Notes: generated from the letters alone by a model not told the origin. 64,000 nt of DNA from Octopus sinensis (GCF_006345805.1 NC_042998.1:92008001-92072000); one strand, 5' to 3'. Numbered from the stretch's first letter, positions 39,520 through 52,335 are shown. Translations and numbers: made by a program.

Positions 39520-40175
39520 CCAGATGTTGTTTTTTTTTATGTTCTAAGTTCAAATCCTGGAGAGGAACTTTGCCTTTCATCCTTTTGGGGTTGATAAAGT
39601 GCCAGTCAGGTACTGAAACTGATGTACTTGACTAACCCTGTCACCCTAAAATAGATGGCTTTGTGCAAAAGAATTTGAAACAGATTATTATTACTATTAT
39701 TATTATTGTCCTCTCATCCTTTCAAGATCAAAGAAAAAAAAGCATCAGTCGAGTATTGGGGTCGATGTAGTTGACTGTTCCCCTCCCCCAGTTTCAGGCC
39801 TTGTGCCTATAGAAAGGAGCTGGCAGAGTCGTTAGCATGGCAGGCAAAATGTTTAGCAGTATTTTGTCAGTTGCAATGTTCTGAGTTCAAATTCTGCTGA
39901 GGTCAACTTTGCCTTTCATTCTTTCGGGATCAAATGGTGGGTTAATGTAATCAACTAGTCCCCTCCCTTCAAATTTTAGGCCTTGTGTGCCTGTAGTAGA
40001 AAGGATTATTATTGTTGTTGTTATTATTGTCATTATTTTTCTATTTTCCCTTTCATCCTTCTAAGGTCAATAAAATGAAGTACCAGCCAAGTGCTAGGGT
40101 TGGTGCTACTGATTAAGCCCTTCCCCTCAATATTGCTGGCCATGCCCCTAAATCAGAAGCCATTATTATTATTAT
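39520..40175 (+). mobile_element. Head-to-tail cluster of about 4 full or partial SINE B copies
   Basis: Repeated gcctttcatcct..ggg..gataa, ggccttgtgcct and (att)n tails. Confidence 0.7.
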
Positions 40176-40186
40176 CATTTTTTTTA

Positions 40187-40318
40187 ATGAAAACTCACAA
40201 CTTATTTTGCTGAGTATGATGGAAAGTATCAGCTGTCCACAGCCAGCAGACTAAGGTGACACTTTTTAACTGGTCATGCTTCAAGAACCTTGCACAGAAT
40301 TCTTGCAGTTCCAAAGCA
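40187..40318 (-). mobile_element. R4/Dong lineage 2, 3' end only
   Basis: Near-identical to 21107-21238 and preceded by (ATT)n. Confidence 0.75.
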
Positions 40319-40833
40319 TATTTTATTGTGTTTGGGGAGAATCATTCTGTTTTAATACCTTATTAATTAACACACTCAACGGTTCAATTTCCACTCATTT
40401 ACATTTTATTTTTTTGATTTCCACTCATTTACTTATTTATTCTTTCTGGAAAAAATAAATAAGTAAATGAGAGGAAATCGAACCAGTGAGTGTGTTAATT
40501 AATAAGGCATTAAAACAGAATGACTCTCCCCAGACACAATAAATTATTATTCTTATTATGCAAATTTTGCCAAAACCCACTAGCCTGCCAAGTTATTGTT
40601 CAGATAGCTTTAGTATCTCTATGGAAACACTGTTGAGTGTATATAATTTACAACTATTGATGGCATTCGTGATTTATTTAATTTTGAAGTTTTTATTACA
40701 GTCAAGTGATACAAAGAGATTGCTAATTGGGATTGTTAATTATTCTTTGAAATATTTATTGCCAAAATATTTGTCTGTTTTTAAGGATTTCAAGAGCCAA
40801 CAGTTAAGAATAGAAATCAAAATTGCATGCACT

Positions 40834-40906
<73 letters not shown>
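40834..40906. repeat. (CTA)n microsatellite 40 nt upstream of the giant-exon acceptor
   Basis: Directly visible. Confidence 0.95.
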
Positions 40907-40907
<1 letters not shown>

Positions 40908-40945
40908 CAGCATATTTGACAATCATAATTCATTTTTATTTCCAG

Positions 40946-43900
40946 GAAACAGAGAGAGTCTGTTTGACTCCAGTTATGGTGAAGATCTCTTCAAGAGGTG
41001 GGAGATACGTCTCTATGGTGAAAGTTACAGTCGCCCTGAAAGACATAGTCCCCAAAGATCCCCTGAAAGGGAAAGAAGGTACAGATCATCAAGTCAGGAA
41101 TCGGACAGACACTCCAGATATAGCAGATATTCGGAGAGTCCTTACAACAGGTACCCTAGCTATGGCGGTGGTTCCAAAGAACGCTACAGCAGATATGACC
41201 GATTCCGAAGGTCAGAGTCATATGATCTATCCCAAAGGTCAGAGTCACATGACCAATATAGACGGTCAGAGTCATTTGACCTTGGCTCCGATTACGACGC
41301 CAGGTATGATGATAATTTTAGACGAAACCTAAGAAGAAGAACTAGTGATAGTGACTATTCAATAGACACAGATGATGAAACTAAACCCTGGTCAATGAGA
41401 GGCAGACACCATGAAAAGCGAGAGGAAAAATATTCCAAGGAAACTACTGATCCTACATCACCAAGACCATATGATGAGCTGGACAGTACTTCAAGAACTA
41501 CGAGAGAAACTTTAGAGCAAAAGTTACAAGTGAAGGAGACAAAGAGGATTTCTGATAAGTCTATTGAATCTGTGGAAGAGAAGTATAGTGCTTTGACAAA
41601 ATCCCTTTTTGCTGATTCTGCTGGTTCTAAAGAAACTACAACTGACAGGACAGAATATATTAGTAGCTCAAAAGAATATAAAACAGATAGTATTGGTATG
41701 GAGGAAGATAAGAAACTAGAATTTCAGGATGTCTCTTATGATTCAAGTCATCAAAAATACAAGCTATCATATGAAACGGAGAGTTCGGATGTTTTTGTAG
41801 ACACAGAAGTTCCCACTAAGAAAGTAACAGAGACACCTGAGAAGGTAACTGATGTTCCCACTGAAGTCCCTGAGAAAGCAGCTGATATACCAGTTGAAGT
41901 ACCTGAGAAAGTAGTTGATGTTCCTGCAGATGTACCTGAAAAAATAGTTGATATTTCTGTTGAAGTACCTGAAAAAGTAGCTGATATACCCATAGAAGTA
42001 CCTGAGAAAGTAGCTGATATACCTGTTGAAGTACCTGAAAAAATAGTTGATATTTCTGTTGAAGTACCTGAAAAAGTAGCTGATATACCCACAGAAGTAC
42101 CTGAGAAAGTAGCTGATATACCTGTTGAAGTACCTGAAAAAATAGTTGATATTTCTGTTGAAGTACCTGAAAAAATTGTTGATATTCCCACAGAGATCCC
42201 TGAGAAAGTAGCTGATGTTCCCACTGAAGAACCTGAGAAAATAGTTGATATTTCTTTTGAAATACCTGAAGCAGTTGCTGAAATTCCTGTAGAGGTACCT
42301 GAGAAAGCAGCTGACATTCCTGTTGAGGTGTTTGAGAAAGTCGCTGATGTTCCCACAGAAGAACCTGAAAAAGTTGCTGATGTCCCCACTGAGAAAGCAG
42401 CTGAAATTACTGTTGAAGAACCTGAGAAAGCAGTTGATATTTCTTTTGAAATACCTGAAACAGTAGCTGATATTCCCACAGAGCTACCTGAGAAAGTAAC
42501 TGATGTTCCTGCTGAAGTACCAGAAAAAGCTCCTGAGGTCTCTACGGATGTAGCAGAGAAGACAGCTGATGCTCCCACCAACATAGCTGAAACTATAACT
42601 GATGTTCATGTTGAAGTAAGGGAGGAAATATCAGAGGTCTCTACAGATGTAGCAGAGAAGACAGCCGATGCTCCCACCGACATAGCTGAAACAATAACTG
42701 ATGTTCATTTTGAAGTGAGTGAGGAAATATCAGAAGTCTCTACAGATGTAGCAGAGAAGGTACATGATACTCCAAGTGATATGCATGAAACAGTATCAGA
42801 GGTCATCACGACCGATTCATCTGAGAAGATTACTGATGTTTCCACTGAGATAACTGAGGTGTTTGAGGTTACCACTGAGGTAACTGAAAGAAAATCTGAG
42901 ATTTCCACTGATATAACTGAAGAGACTACTAGTGTTTCTGCTGATGTAACTGAGTTAGAATCTGATATAGTTGCAGATGTAGCTAACAAGGAACCAGAAA
43001 CTATTACTGTTATATCAGAGACCATTACAAATGTAATTGAGAAAAGATCCAATATTGACACTGAAGAAACAGGAAAAGAAGTAGATTTTTCCTTTACAGT
43101 ATCTGAGGAGAATGTACAAGTTGGAGAAAAAGGAGATGTTGGTGTAACTGAAGAAAGGACGGTTGTTGTAGATAAACAAGACCAGGAACAATGTTTTAGC
43201 ATTGCAGTATCAGATGAAAACGTAAATATTGTTTCTGATGTAACAGAAGGACAGGATGGTAAAGTTCATATGACAACAGAAGACCAAGAAATCACTGTGG
43301 AATTTGATAGTGATAAGTTTGGCCAGTTACAGAGTGAAGTAACAGTAGAAGGTGTCAAGGAAAAAACTGAAACAGTCACAGAATCTTATGGTGTAGAAAC
43401 TGAGGTGAAAACAGAAAAGGTGGACATAATCAGTGGTGAAGGTACTCATATTGAAGTACCTGATACAAAAGATGTCAAAGTAGTCGATGTTCACACCGAA
43501 GTACATCAGCAACATGGTGGACTTCTCACTGAAGATGAAGCTAAAGAAGGAGGTGTTCATGAAGAAGTATCTTATCAAAAAACAGAAGTGTATACTGAGA
43601 AAGGAGCTGATGGGTCTACTAAAACTACTGAAGTAACATCTACAATAACTGAGAAAGGATCTGAAGGGTCTAGTCAAACAACTGAAGTAATAACCACAAC
43701 TACTACGAAAACTGTTAAGGGAAAATATGAAAGTTCAGAAATGGAAGGTACTGCAAGTGAAGTCCTCTCCAGTGAAGTACAAGTGGAACAATTTGATGAC
43801 TCAGTTGAAAAAGAAATACCAAATGGTGCAGAGTCGGTTCTGGTAGAAGTAAAGACTGGATTATCAATAAGCCCTGAAAGACAACAAACATTTAGCTTTG

Positions 43901-46769
43901 ATTTTGTACAAGATGCTCAGGGGGAAATGGAGAGTGTTGCTGGAGCTTCTTCTTCCACAGTAGAACAAAGTTTTACCACAGAAACATTCACAGAAAATGG
44001 AACTGAACGTGAAGTTACTTTGTCACATGATAAAGAAGTAATAATTGAAGAATATGAAACCTTTTCAATTCCTCCTGGCCAAAATATTTTTGTGGAAAAT
44101 AAAAGTCAAATTGAACAACTTTGTGAGTTAAGTGAGGAGAAAAGAAAAGAAATAATTGATAGTTCTGAACGGGAATTCAGTTTACTAGAGCAGACACCTG
44201 ATACTAAGTTAAAGTATACAACTAAGAGTGAACAGGAAAATACTGAATATGGCCAGTGGGACATTTCAGAGAAATTAGTAAAGGATGGAGTAATCAACAC
44301 TGACGAAGCACTCAATGAGAAATATCAGCAGTTAAATCAGAAAATAGAAGGCAAACAGAAGGATCATGAAATAATTAGTGCTAGTGATGATTCTCTGACA
44401 TTTGATAATAAGACAGGTGTAGTATCTAGTTCCCTTGCTGCTGCTGCTGTTCATGAAGAGAAACTTGATACATCAACAAAAACAGAACTACACCAGTCTG
44501 AGGCTACAGGAGAATATAGTAACTATATATCTTCAGATAAAGAGCGTGAAAAACCTCTTATCACCGACTTGCAATCAGATATTGGAAGTAAAAGCGTTAC
44601 TGAAAGTCAAGAAGTTGAAGAAATAAATAAACAGAGAATATCAGAAATAAGTGATATTCATAAAGAAGAAATTTCAAGAAAAGATGTGGAAGATTTTGCT
44701 GAATCTTTTGTTCATAAAATTATTGAAGAAGAAATGAAAGAAAAATCTTCTAGTACTGATTCATCCACATCTAAACTGACCAAAGATTTAAAAACAGAAA
44801 CTGGACCTTCTGATGGTTTGGCTAAAGACAATGCATTTGAACAAACTGCAACTATTGTCAATGTAGAACCTGATGAAGAATTAGGAAAAGTCGCCAAGGA
44901 TGTGGATAAGAAACTGAAACAAGAATATACTGTCGAAATGCCAGTATCACCTGACCAAAGAAACCTCTCAGTAAATGAAAATATTAGCAATGAATCTCAA
45001 TCAACTTTTAAATATGAAGAAACTAAACTGATGAAGGATGAACGCACAGTTCACACTAGCTCACCTGTTATTGAAGAAATGGTGTCACCATTTGATCAAT
45101 CAGAAGAAGTGCATCGAGGCATTGTTGAAGAGCCTGATGAAGAACGTGTTGTTTCAAAGAGTAGTAAAAAGGAGAATGTATTTTTCGATACTAATGATTT
45201 CGAATTGAGTAACATTTGCCAAGATGTTTCTAAAGATGAAGTCAAAAAAATAACTGACACACCCCAGCCTCCTATAAGCAAAGATTTTTCTGATAACCAA
45301 GAATATACAAAACAAGAATTGGATTCAAATAGGGGTGTACAAAAGGAAGAAACAGATTACAAATCTACAGAAGTGAGGGAAAAATTGGAATTCAGAGAAT
45401 CGCCTAGTGACTCATCGAGTAAAAAGGCTGCTTTTATTCACCATGAGGATAGTTGTGAATTTGGCTTTGATTCAGAGACTGCTTCAACTGACGATGCTGC
45501 TGATACACAGTTTTCTAGCTCTAAGAGTAGGTTAATGTATTCCAGGAGGACTGTTCAGTCATCAGATCTTGATAATAAAGGTTATGAAAGATCTTTTGAT
45601 GAAGTGTCTGGTGTTTCCAGTACGGATGATCTGGAAATGAATGAAGATGCTTCTGCATCTAAATTCTACAGACGAAGAACTTTTCAGAGACAAAATACAG
45701 ATGATCAACTAGAGGAAGACCAATGCTATACTGAAAGACCTTTTGAATCATGGAGCACTTCTGAACATTATGAAACTGGTAGGAAATCTTACAAACTAGG
45801 AGGAAATATTGGAAAAGAAGATTTACCGTCAGAAAGTGATGGAGTATGGACAAGGAAACCAATATTTTCTGAGGATTCCTTATCTTATGTCTCTGAACAG
45901 GCAAGTATCTCCAGTGAATCTTTCCGGGGTATTGATACAGAGTCGAATAGAACAAGTTCCTTAGAAAGACAGTTGTCCGAGGATGAAACTTTCTTCCTAA
46001 GACAAACTTCTATAGATTCAGATCGACTAAATTACCAGTTTCCTGATGATGTAAATATCTCTCAAAGACAAAAATTTGATCCAGAAGAATTTTTTTATCG
46101 GCAAATTTCAGAAGATGCTGCATATGATAAACAGACTTCAAAGGAAAGACATTCTGATCAAAGACAAATTTCAGAAGACACATCTTACCAAAGACAGAGT
46201 TCAGAAGATGCGGGTATAAGGAAGAAACAAGAGGTTAAAGATATTGAGCATCAGTCATCTGAAAGTTCTGAGCCTAGTGACAGTCAGACCAGACATCTTC
46301 ATAGAGAGAGCGAGGATTACAGTGTAGTTACTAAAAAAGAATATGAAGCAGATGGAGAAGAAGAAATTGATGAATCTCACAGAACAAAGCATTTAGATAC
46401 TGCTGAACAAAGTGTAACTGAAAAATCAGAAACAATAACAACAACTGAAAAATCAGTGAAAGAATCAAGTCAAATTACTACAAGTACAGAATCTAGTGAA
46501 CACTCAAAAACAACTACCGAGGGCGGCCAGAGTCCTGAACAACAAAGTTCTAGAAAATCCAAAAGTCAATCACCTAGTCAAGTTGTTGCGAGCTCAGAAT
46601 CTACTGAACGCTCAAAGAAAACTACTGAGGGCAGTCGAAGTCCTGAACAACCAAGTTCCAGAAAATCCAAAAGTCAATCACCCATGCCTCAAGATGCATA
46701 TCAGATTGAACAGTTATTAAGAGCAGCTCGTATCAAATCACCTACCATGGAAGAAATATTAAAAGACAG
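40946..46769 (+). CDS. Giant 5824-nt coding exon (about 1941 aa): RS-rich start, PEVK-like repeats, acidic Ser/Thr/Glu-rich disordered region
   Basis: Open frame inside the 2071-aa ORF. Acceptor tttttatttccag|GA (phase 1, matching the preceding Ig exon: A+GA = Arg). Donor GACAG|gtaagt (phase 2). Composition is E/S/T/V/K/D-rich. Confidence 0.88.
41833..42930 (+). repeat. Coding 33-nt (11-aa) tandem repeat, consensus VPEKVADIPVE, with a 99-nt higher-order period
   Basis: About 21 clear VPEK-type units at 41833-42534. Then 33-aa units (EVSTDVAEK...) start at 42535, 42634 and 42733, followed by degenerate units. Confidence 0.9.
46483..46683 (+). repeat. Coding 108-nt (36-aa) duplication TTEG.xSPEQxSSRKSKSQSP
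   Basis: agtcctgaacaa occurs at 46531 and 46639, with conserved flanks. Confidence 0.9.
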
Positions 46770-47749
46770 GTAAGTCAGTATTTCATGTTGAGAAGTATAT
46801 CATGTGATTTTATATAAAATTATATAGAATCTTTGTTAGGAAATATAATGGGATTTATAATTAAACATTTTTACATAAATTTAATTTGGCTCAAGCAATA
46901 TATTGGCACATTCTAAAACATAAAATGTATTGACATTGTCTATATGAGATCAGCTAAATCTAAAATTAGTACAATATATAATTTAAAATATTTCTATTTT
47001 AGAAATATTTATTCTTAAAAGGTTCTAATTTATTTTAAAGTATTTATAACTTTATTCACTTTTTTAGTTTTCTGCAATTTACATTAGTATTGGGAAAAAA
47101 TCTATTTAAAAAAACTTTAAAAGGAAACTATTAACTGTTAAACCAATGTTTTTATGTTGTATTATAGATAATATCCTTAGGCCTCGCAGGAAAAGTCTCT
47201 TTACAACAATATTAATTTTATTTGTTTCTTTAATAAAAACACTTCATAAAGCTTTCGTACTTTGTTATTAAGCACCAGACATCTCATATCTACAGAGCAA
47301 TTTGTTCTTTTTCTCTGTTTTTTTTTTTTTTTTTTTTTTTTTCACAACTATTTTATCTGTAAATTTAAAATTGTAAGGTATATCAGAGGAGAAATATTGA
47401 ATTAATAGCTGTAAAATCTTATGATGTTAGTATTGAGCAATACACATTTTGACTGATCCTTAGAACTGAAATTAGAAATTAATCTGTTTATATACCATTT
47501 ATAACAATTTAAACGTTTTTGGCTGTTATCAGACTACTATATTAATACAATGTTCATTCTGGTATAAAAACCCTACAAATTACTCTAATGTTAAGAGATA
47601 ATTTACAAAGAGGAAGAGAGTGACTGAATAATGAGAGGACGAGCAAGAAGTAATATAAGTAATATTTGCTGCAAAATATTTTATGAACCAGCATGTGAAA
47701 GCATCTTGATATGAAGTGTGTTTGTTTGTGTGTCTAAGTGTCTATATAT

Positions 47750-47758
47750 ATGTATTAC

Positions 47759-47801
<43 letters not shown>

Positions 47802-47810
47802 TACTGTATA

Positions 47811-47856
<46 letters not shown>

Positions 47857-47978
47857 CACACATATATATATGTAAGTATATATGTATATGTGTATATATA
47901 TACGTGTATATATATATGTATATATATACATATATATATATGCATATACATATATATGTATGTATGTATATATATTAT

Positions 47979-48013
<35 letters not shown>

Positions 48014-48014
48014 C

Positions 48015-48067
<53 letters not shown>

Positions 48068-48210
48068 GTATGTATATATATCTATATCTATATTTATATA
48101 TATCTATATCTATATATCTATATATATATATATATGTGTGTATGTATGTATGTATGTATGTATGTATGTATGTATGTATGTATGTATGTATGTATGTATG
48201 TATGTATAGT
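47750..48210. repeat. About 460 bp of (TA)/(TATG) low-complexity sequence
   Basis: Directly visible. Confidence 0.95.
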
Positions 48211-48582
48211 CATTTCAAGGATGTTTTGTCCTCATTACTGATTAATAAATCCAAAAGTTTCACTGGTTTAATCTCCATTACATTAGAAGAAAATCTCCAC
48301 AATATGTTAGGGATTATTATAAATATTATTTATAATAAGGTAAGAGAATAGAAAGTTGAGGATGTGTAGTTAATTCACTTGTATCATAGTTTGAAGTTAA
48401 ATTTAAATACAAATATATTTTTAAAAAGTACAAAAGAAACTCAAAAAACCTACATGTTTTGATTCTGGTCCCTGAGTAATTCATAATTCAAAGCATTTAG
48501 GTCAAATATATATCTATATCTATCTATCTATCAATATATATATATTTACAAACATATATGTATGTATTTACACATACACATG

Positions 48583-48630
<48 letters not shown>

Positions 48631-49261
48631 TTACAAGTGTAAACACACACAATCACATGTATATATGAGCAATGGCTGGCAAATGTGAAAGACTTTATCA
48701 TATTTGGGGCAGGTTAATTAATACTTGTAAAAGTGAAGGAATAAAATATCCATTCAGTGAAGTTCTTCCAGTACTTATGTTGCATACAGGATTTAGGCTG
48801 ATACTGTAGTGATAGCATGAAGGAAAAGGACAAGTACATTCATTAGTTTCAAGGAAGAAGTATAACATAATTGAAAAGTTCAGGGAAGGATATCCATTTA
48901 TGTGAGAGTAGATTAAAAGAAGGAGATAACACTACTCCAAATTATCTAAAGAATGAAAGTTATTAATGAGAAAGGTTTGTAGATAAGGTGAACAGCTTAT
49001 TTCTAAATATAATTTAAGATAGCAAGGATTGAACTGTTGGAATAGTGCTACATTCCAACCTAGGCCTTGTAAAAAGTCAACAGACCCTCATATCTCAAGT
49101 ACTTCTTGGCCTTGAAGAAACACCAATATACCTGATACAGTTGTATAATAGGTTTATATTTTTTTTCTGTTTTTGATATTTGAGGAGTTTTATTATTATA
49201 GGAAAGAGTTTTAATCTGAAGCTTGATCATATAAAACATATATATATATCTTTCAAATAAA

Positions 49262-50800
49262 GTTCATCATCATCATTTAATGTCTGTTGTCCATGCTGGC
49301 ATGGGTTTGACAGTTTGACTGGGCTAACATGCTGAAAGGTTGTACCAAATTCCAGTCTGATTTGGCATGGCTTTCTATGGCTGGATGCCCTTCCTAATGC
49401 CAACCACTCTAAGAGTGTAATGGGTGCTTTTACGTGCTCCTGGCATGGGAGCCAATTTGCGTGACACAACTATCTGCCATGACTGTGATTTTTCTTGGCT
49501 TGATGGGTCTTCTTGTCAAGCATGACATAATGCCAAAGGTCTCGGTCATGGCCTCCATGAGGCCTAGCAGTTGAAAAGAACTCAGCCATTTTGCCTCCAT
49601 GAATCCCAACACTCAAAAGGTGTTCTTTACTTGCCACCAGTACAGGTGCACTTGGCTTGATGGGTCCTCTTAGGCACAACACATTGCCAAAGGTCTTGGT
49701 TACCAGTTATTGCCTCTGTGAGGCTCAAAGTTCAAAGATCATGCTTCACCACCTCGTTCCATGTCTTTCTGCGTCTACCTCTACCACAAGTTCCCTCCAC
49801 AGTTAGAGATTGGCACTTCTTTACACAGCTGTCCTCATCCATATGCAACATGTGACCATACCAGCACAGTTGTCTCTCTTGCGCACCACTGGTGCCTCTT
49901 ATGCCTAACTTTTCTCTCTCAAGACATTTACACTTTGTCATACATGTACACTGAAATTGCACATCCAGTGAAGTATACTGACTTCATTTCTTTCAAGTCT
50001 ATGCATGTCATCGGTTGTCACAGCCCATGTTTCACTGCCAGTCAACATAGCTGTTTGCACACAGGCATCAAACAATCTACCTTTCACTATGATAGATAGG
50101 CCCTTTGTTGCCAGCAGGGGCAGGAGCTCTCTGAACTTTGCCCATCCTAAACTTATTCTCACAGTGACGCTCTTGGAGCATTCACCTCCACTACTAACTT
50201 GGTCACCTAGATAACGGAAGCTAACTACTACCCCGAGCATGCCCCCTGGCAGTTGATGTAGTCTATTTTCTGCCCATTTTCAGCATTTATTGTATCTGTG
50301 CATATTCCACATACAAAAGCTAGTTTCCCTGTTAACCTTCCTGTAATATTGCTGCACTTTTTATCTGTCCAAAGCATACACTGAGTGCATCTTATAGAGT
50401 TTCTACCTACACCTTTTCTACAGATTGAGCAGGGCAATCTACCTGAAGGCATTTGTGATTTGTCTGCCTTCCTACTTACTAAGACTTTGAATATAGACAA
50501 ACTTCTTCTTTTCTGCTTCTCCCTTGGTTAGGTATACTTGTCTCCTAACATCCCTTCTGGCAATCTGATACAGTATTCTGCTGCTCCAATTCTTCCAGGC
50601 CTTCCAGGCTTGGTTCTTAGCTCGAATGGTTCTGTCTACTGTATTGTTCCACCACCACGTTACCCTAGCTCTAGATGAGACTTTGCTCCAGAAAATAGAT
50701 TTGGTCTGTGGCACTCAACAAGCTGTCCCTCAGGAATTCCCAGTTGCCCTCTATGTCACAAGTCTGTAGCTCCTCCTCCCTTTCATCGAATTTCTCAATT
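49262..50800 (-). mobile_element. Decayed RTE-clade LINE of the same family, RT core missing, with a Cys-rich PHD-like motif
   Basis: Minus strand TWWWNNTVDRTIRAKNQAWKAWK; PCSICRKGVGRNSIRCTQC..W..K.CS; FRYLGDQVSSGG...GRLFDACVQTAMLTGSETWAV; WYGHMLHMDEDSCVKKC...GRGRRRKTWNEVVKHDL. Ends in a (GAT)n tail at about 49265. Confidence 0.85.
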
Positions 50801-50996
50801 ACATTCAAAGTAAACAATCAAAATCTATTATCTATTTTAATTTCACATCGTATATTTAGTTAGTAATGGCATTATCAGTTAAATAGCTCCGGTGGTTCAA
50901 TTACTGGTTCACCACATTTCCAATGATCAGGAAATGTCAGAGCAATTCAGGGCTTATTTGGATAACACACACACACACATAAATATACACATACAT

Positions 50997-51030
<34 letters not shown>

Positions 51031-51034
51031 CATA

Positions 51035-51935
51035 AATCAAATCAAATCAAAATCAAAATCATTTTGATGACTGGCATCCGTGCTAGTGGGGTGCAAAGAG
51101 CACCATAAGAGTGTGATCGTTGCCAGCGTCGCCTTACTGGCGCCTGTGCTAGTAGGGTGCCAAGAACACCATCCGAGGGTGATCGTTGTGATCGTTGCCA
51201 GAGCAACCAACTGGCTTCCGTACCCGTGGCATGTAAAAGGGTACCATTCAAGCGTGATCGTTACCAACGTCGCTTCACTGGCACCTGTGTCAGTGGCACG
51301 TGTAAAAGATTCGAGCGAGGTCATTGCCAGTACCGCTAGACTGGCCCCCGTGCCGGTGGCACGTAAAAAGCACCCACTACACTCTCGGAGTGGTTGGCAT
51401 TAGGAAGGGCATCCAGCTGTAGAAACTCTGCCAGATCAAGACTGGAGCCTGGTGCAGCCATCTGGTTGCCAGCCCTCAGTCAAAACCGTCCAACCCATGC
51501 TAGCATGGAAAACGGACGTTAAACGATGATGATGATCAGCATCATCATATACTTATATATATATACATATAAATATATACATATATAAATGGAAATTGTA
51601 GTTGTAATACCTGTGTCGGTAGCACATAAAATGCACCATCCGTACATGGCCAATGCCAGCGCTGCCTTGACTGGCTTCCATGCCGGTGGCATGCAAAAAG
51701 CACCAACTGATCGTGGCCGTTGCCAGCCTCCCCTGGCAAATGTGCCGGTGGCATGTAAAAAGTGCCCACTACACTCACGGAGTGGTTCGTGTTAGGAAGG
51801 GCATCCAGCTGTAGAAACACTGCCAGATCAGACTGGAGCCTGGTGCAGCCTCCTGGCTTCCCAGACCCTGGTCGAACCGTCCAACCCATGCTACCTTAAA
51901 AAACGAACATTAAACGATGATGATGATGATGATGA
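51035..51935 (+). mobile_element. Two tandem RTE 3' UTR copies (51035-51545 and 51610-51935)
   Basis: Both end in aggaagggcatccagctgtagaaa...aacccatgcta...taaacgatgatgat. Confidence 0.8.
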
Positions 51936-51944
51936 TATATATTG

Positions 51945-52335
51945 GCATAGGAGTGGCTGTGTGGTAAGTAGCTTGCTTACCAACCACATCGTTCTGGGTT
52001 CAATCCCACTGTGTGGCACCTTGGGTAAGTGTCTTCTACTATAGCCTCAGGCTGACCAAAGCCTTGCGAGTGGATTTGGCTGATGGAAACTGAAAGAAGC
52101 CTGTCATATATATCTGTGTGTCTGCATGTGTGTTTGTGTGTGTGTGTGTGTATGCTTGTTTGTCTGTGTTTGTCTCCCCACCATCGCTTGACAACCAATT
52201 TTGATGTGTTTACATCACTGTAACTTAGCAGTTTGGCGAAAGACACCGATAGGATAAGTACTAGGCTTACAAAGAATAAGTCCTGGGGCTGATTTGTTTG
52301 ACTGTCAAATGAGTGAAACAAATAAAAGAATATAA
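51945..52335 (+). mobile_element. SINE A
   Basis: ggcataggagtggctgtgtggtaagtagc...gggttcaatccc...aataagtcctggggctgatttg. Confidence 0.8.

Noticed and set aside
40558-40945. First 129 aa of the 2071-aa ORF (MQILPKP...poly-Leu)
   Set aside because: It is AT-rich intron-like sequence, and the poly-Leu comes from a (CTA)n microsatellite. A phase-compatible acceptor lies at 40945.
41751-43202. Minus-strand ORFs of 277 and 165 aa
   Set aside because: They are antisense shadows of the coding repeat in the giant exon.
47716-48351. Y/I/V/C-rich ORFs here and at 1068, 10452, 17623-18142, 31060-31532 and 54795-55527
   Set aside because: They are translations of (TA)n, (TG)n and (TATG)n microsatellites.
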